Source of the DNA: Dehalococcoidia bacterium
GTDB lineage: Bacteria; Chloroflexota; Dehalococcoidia; SZUA-161; SpSt-899
Length of the DNA stretch: 59,871 bases
Direction of reading: 5' to 3'
Assembly: GCA_023271515.1 (NCBI GenBank)
Contig: JALPXQ010000001.1
Location: 1 to 59,871 of the forward strand
Position numbers and translations under genes: made by a program. Under the pieces are notes generated by a model. That model worked only from the letters and a program-made list of their open reading frames with translations, searched no databases and was not told the DNA's origin. Shown piece by piece: positions 20,695-30,519 of this stretch (position 1 is the stretch's first letter; each line of letters starts with the position of its first letter).

Positions 20695-22150
20695 CCAGGT
20701 GATTCCCGTGGCCAAAGGCGATGGCATTGGTCCGGAGATCATGGATGCCTGTCTCTGCATCCTGAGGGAAGCGGGTGCTCGCATTGAGCCGAGGTTTGTT
20801 GATATTGGCAAGAAGGTTTATCTTGCGGGGTATACCGCAGGCATTACAGAGGAGACCTGGGACATCCTCAGGGAATACAAGGTGTTTTACAAGGCTCCTA
20901 TTACCACGCCCCAGGGGGACGGGTTCAAAAGCCTCAATGTTACCATTCGCAAGGCGCTCGGTCTCTATGCCAATGTGCGCCCTGCGGTTAGCTATCATCC
21001 TTTTGTGCCGGTAAATTATCCTGGCATGGATGTGGTCGTTATCCGTGAGAACGAAGAGGATGTTTACGCTGGAATCGAACACCAGCAGACGCCCGAGGTT
21101 GTCCAGTGTCTCAAGTTGGTCTCGCGCCCGGGCTGTGAGCGCGTAGTGCGCTATGCCTTTGAATACGCCCGCGCCTACGGCCGTAAGAAGATTACCTGTA
21201 TGACGAAGGACAATATCATGAAGCTCACTGATGGGCTCTTCCACAGGGTATTCGATGAGATCGCCCCCGACTATCCGGAGGTCGAGAGCGAGCACTGGAT
21301 CATAGATATAGGGACGGCAAAGCTGGCGGACACACCTACCAGCTTCGATGTGATCGTTGTGCCCAACCTATATGGGGACATCGTTTCTGATATGCTGGGG
21401 CAGATGGCGGGCTCTGTAGGGATCGCGCCCGCGGCAAACATAGGCGATGAGCACGCGATGTTTGAAGCCATTCATGGTTCAGCTCCCCGTCACGCCGGGA
21501 AGGGTATTGCCAATCCCTCCGGCTTGCTTCTTGCCGGAGTGATGATGTTGATCAGCATCGATCAAGCAGATGTCGCCGAGCGGATTCACAATGCCTGGCT
21601 TAAGACCATCGAAGACCACGTCTGGACCTACGACCTGGTTCGCAGGGTAAAGGCTGCGGGTGGAACAAAATACACCCAGGTCGGCACCCAGGAGTTTGCT
21701 AAAGCGGTGGTCGCCCGGCTGGGTCAGGAGCCTGAACATCTCAAATCAGTGAGATACAGCGGGAAGCCCATTAAAATTCAGAGATCGCAGTTGACCAACG
21801 TGCGTGACGCCAAGATGCAGCTTGACGGCGTTGACGTTTTTATTGGAAATGGTAAACTCTCTCCGAATGAGCTTGGCCGGAAATTGGAGCAGCTTGCTGA
21901 ACCCAAATTTCGCCTGATTATGATCACCAATCGTGGGCAGAAGGTGTATCCGGATGGTTACCCGGAGACTTTTTGTACCGACCACTGGCGTTGCCGTTTC
22001 CAGGTGCCTGCCGGGGCTCCTCGCCCAACGCATGCTGATCTCCGATGGCTGTTAGAAAACATTGAGCAAAATAACCTTGAGTGGATTAAGCTTGAGAATC
22101 TCTACTTGATGAACGGCAAGCGAGCATACACCCTCGGTCAAGGGCAATAA
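20681..22150 (+). CDS. icd: isocitrate/isopropylmalate dehydrogenase family protein, likely isocitrate dehydrogenase
   Basis: GDGIGPEI and NLYGDIVSD motifs. 489 aa with a C-terminal extension. Start at ATG 20681 overlaps the upstream stop. Confidence 0.8.
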   Translation: MTRSNQVIPVAKGDGIGPEIMDACLCILREAGARIEPRFVDIGKKVYLAGYTAGITEETWDILREYKVFYKAPITTPQGDGFKSLNVTIRKALGLYANVRPAVSYHPFVPVNYPGMDVVVIRENEEDVYAGIEHQQTPEVVQCLKLVSRPGCERVVRYAFEYARAYGRKKITCMTKDNIMKLTDGLFHRVFDEIAPDYPEVESEHWIIDIGTAKLADTPTSFDVIVVPNLYGDIVSDMLGQMAGSVGIAPAANIGDEHAMFEAIHGSAPRHAGKGIANPSGLLLAGVMMLISIDQADVAERIHNAWLKTIEDHVWTYDLVRRVKAAGGTKYTQVGTQEFAKAVVARLGQEPEHLKSVRYSGKPIKIQRSQLTNVRDAKMQLDGVDVFIGNGKLSPNELGRKLEQLAEPKFRLIMITNRGQKVYPDGYPETFCTDHWRCRFQVPAGAPRPTHADLRWLLENIEQNNLEWIKLENLYLMNGKRAYTLGQGQ

Positions 22151-22169
22151 GAGGCGCTGAGGTGAGAAA

Positions 22170-24575
22170 ATGAAGGTTTCGCTTAAGTGGCTAAAGGATT
22201 ACGTCGACATCACCTTGTCCCCGGAAGAGCTGGCAGAAAAGCTTACCATGGCCGGACTCGAGACCGGTGGCATCGAGACTATCGGTGATGGGTGGGAGAA
22301 CGTCTCTATCGGAGAGGTTATTAGCCTGCAAAAACACCCCAATGCTGATCGGCTTCAACTGGCCACCGTCAGCCTCGGCCGGGAGCAACACACCGTGGTT
22401 TGCGGTGCTCCTAACATCAGGGTTGGCATCAGGGTTCCCTTCGCCAGGCTGGGAGCAAGACTCTACGACGGGCGCACGGGCAAGCTTGCTGAACTGAAGC
22501 CGGCGAAGATTCGCGGCGTTCTCTCAGAAGGAATGGTCTGCTCGGAGAAGGAGCTCGGCATATCAGACAATCACGATGAGATAATAGTCCTCTCGGAAGA
22601 AGCCCCCATCGGCGCGCCGCTTGCGCAGTACCTGGGGGACACTATACTCGATGTCTCGGTCACTCCAAATCGCCCCGATTGCCTCTCTATGATTGGCATC
22701 GCCCGCGAGGTAGCCGCGCTGACCGGCTCAAAGGTGCGCTTACCCAAAGTGCGCTATGAAGAAGGGGAACCCCCGACTGATGAGATGATCTCGGTCGAGA
22801 TCGTTGACCCGGATCTTTGCCCCCGGTACTGCGCCGGAATTATCCAGGGGGTTACGATCGGCTCATCTCCGCAGTGGATGCAGCAGCGTCTCCTGGCCGC
22901 CGGCATGCGGCCGATCAACAACATCGTCGATATCACCAACTTCGTGATGCTGGAATACGGGCAGCCCCTGCACGCCTTCGATTACGAGGGGATTGGCGGA
23001 CAGAGGATCATCGTGCGCCGTGCCGGAGATGGAGAGCAGTTGGTCACCATCGATGGAGAAGAGAGGGAGCTGTCGCCCGGCACCCTGGTGATTGCCAATG
23101 AGAAATACCCCATCGCTATAGCGGGAGTTATGGGCGGGTCAGAAAGCGAGGTCACTGAGAGGACCACCACTATATTGCTTGAAGCGGCCAACTTCAACAA
23201 TGGCAGCATCCGCCGTACTTCCTTCGGGCTGGGGCTGGTAAGCGAGGCCTCCTCCCGCTTCGACAAGTCCCTCAGTCCGGATCTCCCGATGCCGGCAATT
23301 CGTCGCGCCATCGGCCTGATTGTTGAGCTAACCGGGGGCAGAGCGGCCCGGGGGATTGTCGACGTCTACCCGGGATTTCAGGGTGAGAGCAAGCCAATCC
23401 TTCTTACGGAGCGACGGGCAAGTCAGGTACTCGGTGTGGATTTTGGAATCAGCCGGATCCGGCAAACACTCGAATCTCTGGGGTTTGAATGCACGCAGAA
23501 GAGTTCCTCCGAGCTATCGGTTAGCATTCCCTACTGGCGCACCGATGTAAAGATCGCCGACGATCTGGCCGAAGAAGTGGCACGCATTATCGGATACGAT
23601 GAAATCCCAACCATTATGCTGAGTGGGGAGCTTCCCCAGCACGAACCTGCCCCCCTTGCCCTGCTGCGGGAACGGATTCGCGATATTCTGGTCGGCTGCG
23701 GGATGCAGGAGATCATCAGTTATTCCCTGACCAGTCACGACGTGCTGGACAGGACAGAGTACAACGGGGAATCCCCGATCCGAGTGGCCAATCCCTTGAG
23801 CCAAGAGCAGGAATTCCTGCGTCCCACTCTGAGGGGAGGGCTGCTTCGTGCCCTTGCTACCAACGCGAGGCATCAGGAAAAGGGCATAATGCTGTTTGAG
23901 ATCGGAAAAATCTATTTGCCTCGAGAAGGCGGTCTGCCGGAGGAGAGGGAGATGCTCGCCGGGATAATCGGCGGTGCGCGATATGGGAGGTCATGGCTGG
24001 CCGATGAAGGCTCTCTCGATTTCTTCTACGCTAAGGGGGTCCTGGAGACGCTGTTCCATCACCTGGGGATCGAAGCCGGCTTCGAGGCGGCGGAGGACAG
24101 GCTGCTGTTTCCCGGTCGGGCAGCGAGCATACTGGTTAACGGGAATACCATCGGAATAACCGGTGAGCTTCACCCCGATGTTGCCGCTGGCTTCGACATT
24201 TCTCTTTGCCCGATCTGCCTATTCGAGATGGAGGTGGAGCAGTTGCTGCCGTTTGTGGAACGGGTTCACACCTTTAGGCCCATCACCAGATTCCCTAGTA
24301 CCAACCGGGATATCGCTCTTCTGGTGAACGCCGACTTGCCCGCAAAGAGGATAGAGGACATAATCCGCGGCTTTCCTCAGGTGAGCCAGGTCAGCGTCTT
24401 TGACCTTTACCAGGGTGAGCGGGTCCCGGACGGCAAGAAATCACTGGCCTTTTCCCTTCGCTATCAGTCACTTGATCGAACCCTGACCGACGAAGAGGTT
24501 GATGAGATACAGCAGATAATTCTGACAAGGCTCCAGAAGGAGCTTGGGGCGGTGCTGCGGGGTATTACTGTTTGA
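22170..24575 (+). CDS. pheT: phenylalanine--tRNA ligase beta subunit
   Basis: 801 aa. N-terminal tRNA-binding domain (HPNADRL), B3/4 and B5 regions, C-terminal FDX-ACB-like domain. Confidence 0.95.
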   Translation: MKVSLKWLKDYVDITLSPEELAEKLTMAGLETGGIETIGDGWENVSIGEVISLQKHPNADRLQLATVSLGREQHTVVCGAPNIRVGIRVPFARLGARLYDGRTGKLAELKPAKIRGVLSEGMVCSEKELGISDNHDEIIVLSEEAPIGAPLAQYLGDTILDVSVTPNRPDCLSMIGIAREVAALTGSKVRLPKVRYEEGEPPTDEMISVEIVDPDLCPRYCAGIIQGVTIGSSPQWMQQRLLAAGMRPINNIVDITNFVMLEYGQPLHAFDYEGIGGQRIIVRRAGDGEQLVTIDGEERELSPGTLVIANEKYPIAIAGVMGGSESEVTERTTTILLEAANFNNGSIRRTSFGLGLVSEASSRFDKSLSPDLPMPAIRRAIGLIVELTGGRAARGIVDVYPGFQGESKPILLTERRASQVLGVDFGISRIRQTLESLGFECTQKSSSELSVSIPYWRTDVKIADDLAEEVARIIGYDEIPTIMLSGELPQHEPAPLALLRERIRDILVGCGMQEIISYSLTSHDVLDRTEYNGESPIRVANPLSQEQEFLRPTLRGGLLRALATNARHQEKGIMLFEIGKIYLPREGGLPEEREMLAGIIGGARYGRSWLADEGSLDFFYAKGVLETLFHHLGIEAGFEAAEDRLLFPGRAASILVNGNTIGITGELHPDVAAGFDISLCPICLFEMEVEQLLPFVERVHTFRPITRFPSTNRDIALLVNADLPAKRIEDIIRGFPQVSQVSVFDLYQGERVPDGKKSLAFSLRYQSLDRTLTDEEVDEIQQIILTRLQKELGAVLRGITV

Positions 24576-24631
24576 CCTTTCTCCTTAAAGGGGTGTATAA
24601 TAAGATTGAATGCGAAACCTGGGGGGCAGAC

Positions 24632-27100
24632 ATGGCGAGTCGCTTTGATAAATTCACCGAAAGGGCGCGGAAAGTCCTGGCACTAGCACAAGGAGAGGCC
24701 CAACGCCTTAACCATAACTATATCAGCACCGAGCACATTTTGCTGGGGCTGTGCGCGGAGGGGAGTGGGGTGGCGACAAGAGTACTGGCAAACCTGGGGG
24801 TTGAACTCCCCAAGATCAGGTCATCGGTCGAGTTCATCATCGGCCGAGGTGAAACCAAGAGCCGTGGCGAAGTAGGTCTCACCCCAAGGGCCAAGAAGGT
24901 AATCGAACTTGCCGTTGATGAAGCAAGATACTTGAATCACAACTATATCGGCACCGAACACCTGCTCCTGGGACTGCTGCGTGAAGGCGAGGGGGTGGCC
25001 GCCGGTGTCCTGGGAAACCTTGGCATCACCCTGGAGAAGTCACGTGCCGAAATCACCCGCCTTCTGAATCAGAGCCTGCCTCAACAGCGTGCCGGAACTG
25101 GAGCCCGGGGCTCTACCCGGACGCCTACCCTCGATCAGTTGGGCATAGATCTAACCGCCGCTGCCGCGGCGGGAAAGCTTGACCCCGTTGTTGGACGAGA
25201 GAAAGAACAGCAGCGGGTAATTCAGATTCTCAGCCGGCGGCGAAAGAACAACCCCGTCCTTATCGGTGAAGCCGGTGTTGGCAAGACAGCCATTGCTGAA
25301 GCCATCGCCCACCGTGTCGCCTCCGGCAATATTCCCGAGACCCTGCGCGGGAAGAGGCTTCTGACCCTCGACATCGGCGCGCTGGTTGCCGGCACCAAGT
25401 ACCGGGGAGAATTTGAAGAAAGACTGAAGAAAGTGATCCAGGAGATAAAGGCCTCGGGAAACTGCCTGCTCTTCATCGATGAGATACATACCCTGGTTGG
25501 GGCTGGTGCCGCTGAAGGTGCTGTCGATGCTGCCAGCATTCTAAAACCCTCGCTGGCGCGGGGAGAGATCCAGTGCATCGGAGCAACCACCGCCAGTGAC
25601 TACCGCAAGTATGTCGAAAGAGACGCTGCTCTGGAGCGCCGCTTTCAGCCGGTCCTGGTGGAGGAACCCTCCATGGAGGATACTGTAGAGATACTGCGCG
25701 GCGTAAAAGGGCGATATGAAGAGCATCATGATCTCCTTATATCTGATGAGGCATTAAAGGCGGCGGCTTCGCTGGCCTCCCGTTACATACCGGATCGATT
25801 CCTTCCAGACAAGGCGATTGACCTCATCGATGAAGCGGCATCACGGGTCCGAATCGCAACCCTGACATCTCCGCTCCCGGTGGCGGAACTGAACAAAGCG
25901 CTGGAGACGGTGCGCAAGGATAAGGAGCAGGCAATCACGAATCAGCAATATGAATATGCCGCCGAGCTTCGTGAGCAAGAGTTGAAACTGGAAGACAAGA
26001 TCAGTAAATCGCTCCTGGATTGGAAGGAGGAGCAGGGTACCGAACAGGTGGAGGTTACCGAGGAGGATATCGCCGAAGTGGTCAGTATGTGGACCGGCAT
26101 TCCGGTAACCAAGATTGCCGGCGATGAGACCAGTCGCTTGCTTAACATGGAAGAGGCACTGCACAAGCGCATCATAGCTCAGGACGAGGCCATCCAACTG
26201 ATTTCCAAGGCGGTCAGACGAGCCCGGGCAGGCCTCAAGGACCCCAGGAAACCGATTGGCGTCTTCATCTTCCTGGGACCTACCGGCGTGGGTAAGACCG
26301 AGCTGGTACGTGCCCTGGCTGAATTCATGTTCGGCAGCGAAGATTCTCTGATCAGGCTCGACATGTCGGAGTTTATGGAAAGACATACCGTGGCTCGACT
26401 CGTTGGTGCCCCGCCGGGGTACATCGGTTATGAGGAGGGTGGACAGCTGACCGAGGCAATAAGGCGCAAATCGTATTCGGCCATACTCCTCGACGAGATC
26501 GAAAAGGCCCATCCGGACGTATTCAACATCCTGCTGCAGATATTCGACGATGGGCATCTCACCGACGCCAAAGGAAGGCGGGTTGACTTCCGCAACACCA
26601 TCATCATCATGACCAGCAACATCGGTGCGGAGACCATCCGTAAGGAAGGCACCATCGGCTTCATCAGCCGTGCCGATGAAAGCAAGGTGGCACAACTCTC
26701 GCACACCAGGATGAGAGATAAACTGCTGGAGGAAATGAAGAAAACCTTCCGCCCGGAGTTTTTGAACCGCATCGATGGCACCGTGGTGTTCCATTCCCTG
26801 AACAAAGAGCATATTCTGCAGATCGTGGATTTGATGCTTTTCCAGGTGCAGACACAACTGAAGGAGAAAGAGATCGGCATTGAGGTAACCACGGAGGCCA
26901 GGGAGCTTCTCGCGGAGAAGGGTTTTGATCCCACTTTTGGCGCTCGTCCTTTAAGGAGGACAATCCAGACCATGATCGAGGATCCACTTTCCGAAAGGAT
27001 TCTGCAGGGCGAGTTCCATGCCGGTGATGTGGTGCAACTGGAGCGGGAGGGTGATGAAATCGTGTTCCGCTCGCTCGCTGTAGCAGTCCCGATTGCCTGA
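24632..27100 (+). CDS. clpC: ATP-dependent Clp protease ATP-binding subunit ClpC
   Basis: Duplicated Clp_N repeats, two Walker A motifs (GEAGVGKT, GPTGVGKT) and a UVR-like linker. Start at ATG 24632. Confidence 0.95.
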   Translation: MASRFDKFTERARKVLALAQGEAQRLNHNYISTEHILLGLCAEGSGVATRVLANLGVELPKIRSSVEFIIGRGETKSRGEVGLTPRAKKVIELAVDEARYLNHNYIGTEHLLLGLLREGEGVAAGVLGNLGITLEKSRAEITRLLNQSLPQQRAGTGARGSTRTPTLDQLGIDLTAAAAAGKLDPVVGREKEQQRVIQILSRRRKNNPVLIGEAGVGKTAIAEAIAHRVASGNIPETLRGKRLLTLDIGALVAGTKYRGEFEERLKKVIQEIKASGNCLLFIDEIHTLVGAGAAEGAVDAASILKPSLARGEIQCIGATTASDYRKYVERDAALERRFQPVLVEEPSMEDTVEILRGVKGRYEEHHDLLISDEALKAAASLASRYIPDRFLPDKAIDLIDEAASRVRIATLTSPLPVAELNKALETVRKDKEQAITNQQYEYAAELREQELKLEDKISKSLLDWKEEQGTEQVEVTEEDIAEVVSMWTGIPVTKIAGDETSRLLNMEEALHKRIIAQDEAIQLISKAVRRARAGLKDPRKPIGVFIFLGPTGVGKTELVRALAEFMFGSEDSLIRLDMSEFMERHTVARLVGAPPGYIGYEEGGQLTEAIRRKSYSAILLDEIEKAHPDVFNILLQIFDDGHLTDAKGRRVDFRNTIIIMTSNIGAETIRKEGTIGFISRADESKVAQLSHTRMRDKLLEEMKKTFRPEFLNRIDGTVVFHSLNKEHILQIVDLMLFQVQTQLKEKEIGIEVTTEARELLAEKGFDPTFGARPLRRTIQTMIEDPLSERILQGEFHAGDVVQLEREGDEIVFRSLAVAVPIA

Positions 27101-27173
27101 GGCTACCAAAGGCTGAAGGCGAAAGGCTAAAGGGTTGGATGGGCCTTTTGCCCTTCGCCTCTTGCCTGGGATA

Positions 27174-27187
27174 GGGGGGGGGGGGGG
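27174..27187. repeat. G14 homopolymer tract
   Basis: Fourteen consecutive G read directly in the sequence, ending 11 nt before the radA ATG. Confidence 0.95.
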
Positions 27188-27198
27188 TTGGATTGCAA

Positions 27199-28572
27199 AT
27201 GGCCAAGGCGCGAACCATCTTTGTCTGCCAGCACTGTGGCAATGAAAGCCTCAAGTGGTTAGGTCGCTGCCCCCAATGCGATGCCTGGGATAGTTTCATG
27301 GAGAGGGCGGCGAGCACCAGTGCGGCCGGGTTGCCCTCGGCCACAGTGCAGGAACTCTCCACCGTTTCCCTCTCCGCGACCGCCCGCCTGCCTCTTCACT
27401 TCGCTGAGTTCAACCGCGTCTTAGGAGGGGGAGTTGTGCCCGGTTCCCTTGTCCTTATCGGTGGCGACCCTGGCATTGGGAAATCAACCCTCCTCCTTCA
27501 AGTCGCTGCCCAGGTCGCGGAGACGAAGACAGGGCTATCTGAGAAAGAACCAGACCCAGCCAGGGTGCTTTACGTCTCCGGCGAGGAATCGGTGTCACAG
27601 ATAAAGCTGAGGGCAGACCGACTGGGGTTAGGCGGGAAGGGACTGTTCATCCTTCCCGAGACCAGGATGGAACATATTCTGGATCATGCTCAAGGATTAT
27701 CGCCGCACTTGGTGATCATTGATTCAATCCAGACCGTTTACGTTGAAGGATCCGGGGCTCCAGGAAGCGTTAGCCAGGTGCGAGAGTGCACCTTGAGCAT
27801 CATGCAGTGGGCCAAATCCAGCGACGTCCCGGTCTTTCTGGTGGGGCACGTTACCAAGGAGGGGGCCATCGCCGGCCCCCGTGTGCTGGAGCACATCGTC
27901 GATGTTGTGCTCTATCTGGAGGGCGAGCGCTTCAGCGCCTATAGACTATTGCGCGGCGTCAAGAACCGGTTTGGCTCCACCAACGAAATCGGGATATTTG
28001 AGATGAGGGATCAAGGGCTGGTGGAGATAACCGATCCCTCACAGGCCCTCCTCTCCCAGCGCACCGATGGGACTATTGGCTCGGTGATTGTTCCCTCTTT
28101 AGAAGGGAGTCGGCCGCTTCTGGTGGAGATTCAGGCATTGACCAATCCTACCAGTTTCGGCCTGCCACGCCGCACGGCTAACGGCGTTGATTTCAACCGG
28201 CTGCTGCTCATTGCTGCAGTCCTCTCGAGGAAAGGCGGAATTGCTCTTTCCAACCAGGACATCATCGCTAACGTTGCCGGCGGGATCAAGATCAATGAGC
28301 CCGCCATTGACCTGGGGCTGGCTCTGGCTATCGCCTCGAGCTTCCACAGCATCAAGATAGATCCCCGTCTGGTTACCATAGGGGAAGTCGGACTAAGCGG
28401 CGAATTAAGAACCGTCTCGCAACTGGACAGGCGTGTCGCGGAGGCAGCCAGGCTCGGATTTGAAACCTGTCTCCTCCCCGCCCCCATCCCCAAAGGCCTC
28501 TCGCTTTCTGCCGGGATCAAACTTCGCCCCGTGGGGACACTATCGGAAGCGCTTAAGGTAGCGCTGGGTTAA
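27199..28572 (+). CDS. radA: DNA repair protein RadA/Sms
   Basis: Zinc finger CQHCG...CPQC, Walker A GDPGIGKST, KNRFG motif, Lon-like C-terminus. Confidence 0.95.
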   Translation: MAKARTIFVCQHCGNESLKWLGRCPQCDAWDSFMERAASTSAAGLPSATVQELSTVSLSATARLPLHFAEFNRVLGGGVVPGSLVLIGGDPGIGKSTLLLQVAAQVAETKTGLSEKEPDPARVLYVSGEESVSQIKLRADRLGLGGKGLFILPETRMEHILDHAQGLSPHLVIIDSIQTVYVEGSGAPGSVSQVRECTLSIMQWAKSSDVPVFLVGHVTKEGAIAGPRVLEHIVDVVLYLEGERFSAYRLLRGVKNRFGSTNEIGIFEMRDQGLVEITDPSQALLSQRTDGTIGSVIVPSLEGSRPLLVEIQALTNPTSFGLPRRTANGVDFNRLLLIAAVLSRKGGIALSNQDIIANVAGGIKINEPAIDLGLALAIASSFHSIKIDPRLVTIGEVGLSGELRTVSQLDRRVAEAARLGFETCLLPAPIPKGLSLSAGIKLRPVGTLSEALKVALG

Positions 28573-28620
28573 GTATTCAGCGGATTTCGCTCCGGCTCGT
28601 CCAGAGATAGGAGGTTGCTA

Positions 28621-29828
28621 GTGGCACAGAGAGTAATTTTGGCTTATAGCGGCGGACTCGATACCTCAGTGGCTATCAAGTGGCTGGCAGAAAAGTATGG
28701 CATGGAGGTCATTACCCTGACCGTGTTGACATCGGGATGAAGAAAGACCACCCTTCAATTCAGCAAAGGGCACTTGATACTGGTGCCGCCAAGTCCTGTG
28801 TTACCGACGCTAAGGAGCTCTTCGTCAAGGACTACGTCTTCCCGGCTCTCCAGGCGAATGCGTTATATGAGGGTCAATATCCCCTGGCCACCGCTCTGGC
28901 CCGTCCCCTTATAGCCAGGCTCCTTGTGGACCGCGCTCATCAAGAGGGTGCCAGGGCAGTTGCTCACGGCTGCACCGGCAAGGGAAACGACCAGGTGCGG
29001 TTTGATGTCAGCATCGCCGCCCTCGATCCGCGACTCCAGATCATCGCCCCGGCTCGAGAATGGGAGATGACTCGAAAGGAAGAGATCGCCTATGCCAAAC
29101 GCCACGGCATCAGTATTCCCGCCACATCTGCTAGCCTCTACTCCACCGACGAGAACCTCTGGGGACGAAGCATCGAGTGTGGAGTCCTGGAGGATCCCTG
29201 GGTCGAGCCGCCGGAGGATATCTACGACTTGACGAGGTCGCCCGGTGATGCCCCTGATAAGCCGGCTTACGTAGAGATCGAGTTCGAGGAGGGAATACCT
29301 GTCCGCCTCGAGGGGCAAGACCTGGATGGCGTGTCTCTGATCGATCAGTTGAACGAACTAGCCGGAGAGCATGGGGTGAGGCGTATTGATCATGTGGAAA
29401 ACCGCCTGGTGGGGATAAAGTCACGCGAGATTTACGAAGCGCCGGCGGCCGAAGTTCTGCTTGCGGCACATCGGGCGCTGGAAGCCCTGGTCCTCTCGAG
29501 GGATCAGTCGCGATTTCACGAAAGAGTGACCCAGGAGTACTCCGATCTTATCTATAATGGGCTGTGGTTCAGCTCGTTACGGCAAGATCTCGCCGCCTAC
29601 GTGCAAAGCTCGCAGCGCTTCGTGAGCGGCTCAGTTCGGGTGAAGCTGTTCAAGGGCAGTTGTATGGTGGTGGGACGCAAATCGCCGCACTCGCTATACG
29701 ACCTGGGTCTGGCCACATATGATGAGGGCGACCTATTCGACCAGAGCGCCTCACCGGGATTCATCCACATCTGGGGTCTGCCGGTCCGGACGCAGGCCCG
29801 GCGGCAGTGGTTAGACCGGCGCAAATAA
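28621..29828 (+). pseudogene. argG: argininosuccinate synthase with a frame disruption near codon 35
   Basis: GTG 28621 follows AGGAGG and gives [35 protein letters not shown], then stops at 28738. The rest (DIGMKKD...) is in the frame of the 28680 ORF. An extra GT at 28723-28726 explains the shift. Confidence 0.8.
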
Positions 29829-29898
29829 ACAACGATGCCGAAGTTACACGCCATGCCTGTGAAAAATCTTAATATCCGCAAGGGGAATTTAGTAGAAT

Positions 29899-30204
29899 AT
29901 GGACGTAGTAAGGTCTAAAAACGGTGTCCCAATAAGATTGACAGAGGAGAGATGGATTCATATTACAGAGGAGCATTCAGAGATGGCGGGTTATTATTTT
30001 GAAGTGGTTCAAACGGTGGATGAGCCAGAGGCAATTTATGAGGGTAAGATGGGGGAGTGCATAGCAGCGAGAGAAATAGAGAAAGGTAAATATATTGTAG
30101 CAGTGTATAGAGAATTAAGTAAAGAAGATGGATTTGTAATTACCGCCTTCTTAACGAGGCGGAGGAAACAACTTGAAAGGAGGCGAAAGATATGGCAGCA
30201 GTAG
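29899..30204 (+). CDS. small toxin-like protein (DUF4258-like)
   Basis: 101 aa. IRLTEERWIHITEEH motif. Overlaps the next small gene. Family assignment is from memory. Confidence 0.5.
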   Translation: MDVVRSKNGVPIRLTEERWIHITEEHSEMAGYYFEVVQTVDEPEAIYEGKMGECIAAREIEKGKYIVAVYRELSKEDGFVITAFLTRRRKQLERRRKIWQQ

Positions 30205-30443
30205 AGGTAAAAAGTATATTGACCCTTGTGCCAGAGCTGTTGAAAGTCCCATATTCAAGGATTTGGACATCCTATGATAAAGAGGCTGATGTTTTATACA
30301 TCAACTTTAAGAAACCAAGTCATGCGGATGATTCTGAGCTTACAGATGATGATCTCATAATCAGATATGAGAAAGGGAAAATTGTGGGAATCACCATACT
30401 CAATGCAAGTAGAATGAGGACAGGATATGGGCACAGCGTATAA
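30192..30443 (+). CDS. DUF2283-like small protein (putative antitoxin partner)
   Basis: 83 aa. [12 protein letters not shown]...[12 protein letters not shown] pattern typical of DUF2283, from memory. Confidence 0.55.
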   Translation: MAAVEVKSILTLVPELLKVPYSRIWTSYDKEADVLYINFKKPSHADDSELTDDDLIIRYEKGKIVGITILNASRMRTGYGHSV

Positions 30444-30519
30444 CAGCCGACATATGGCTACGCTATGCTCCGCCCAAATTCCCTCCCTTCGCTCGGGAAC
30501 TTCGTATGTCCGCAAAACG
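30436..30519 (+). other. attC-like site of the solo cassette
   Basis: R'' GCGTATAAC (30436-30444), L'' GACATATG (30449-30456), L' CGTATGTC (30503-30510), junction G at 30519. Shares the blocks ACGCT, CCCAAAT, ACTTCG and CAAAACG with the two sites near 57.1 and 58.8 kb. Confidence 0.55.

Larger units (their letters stand above)
29844..30519 (+). mobile_element. solo integron-type gene cassette (two small TA-like genes plus attC-like site) inserted in the 5' end of tkt
   Basis: AT-rich block that starts with TTACACGC after G29843 and ends with G30519. Deleting these 676 bp joins ATG CCG AAG to ATA GAC GAA CTC in frame. Confidence 0.6.

Noticed and set aside
22170-24575. pheT without an adjacent pheS.
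   Set aside because: This is unusual but not informative on its own. pheS may lie elsewhere in the genome.
30427-30453. ATG 30427 as the transketolase start.
   Set aside because: It lies inside the DUF2283-like gene of the inserted cassette and adds a non-Tkt-like extension. The ancestral start appears to be ATG 29835, displaced by the insertion.
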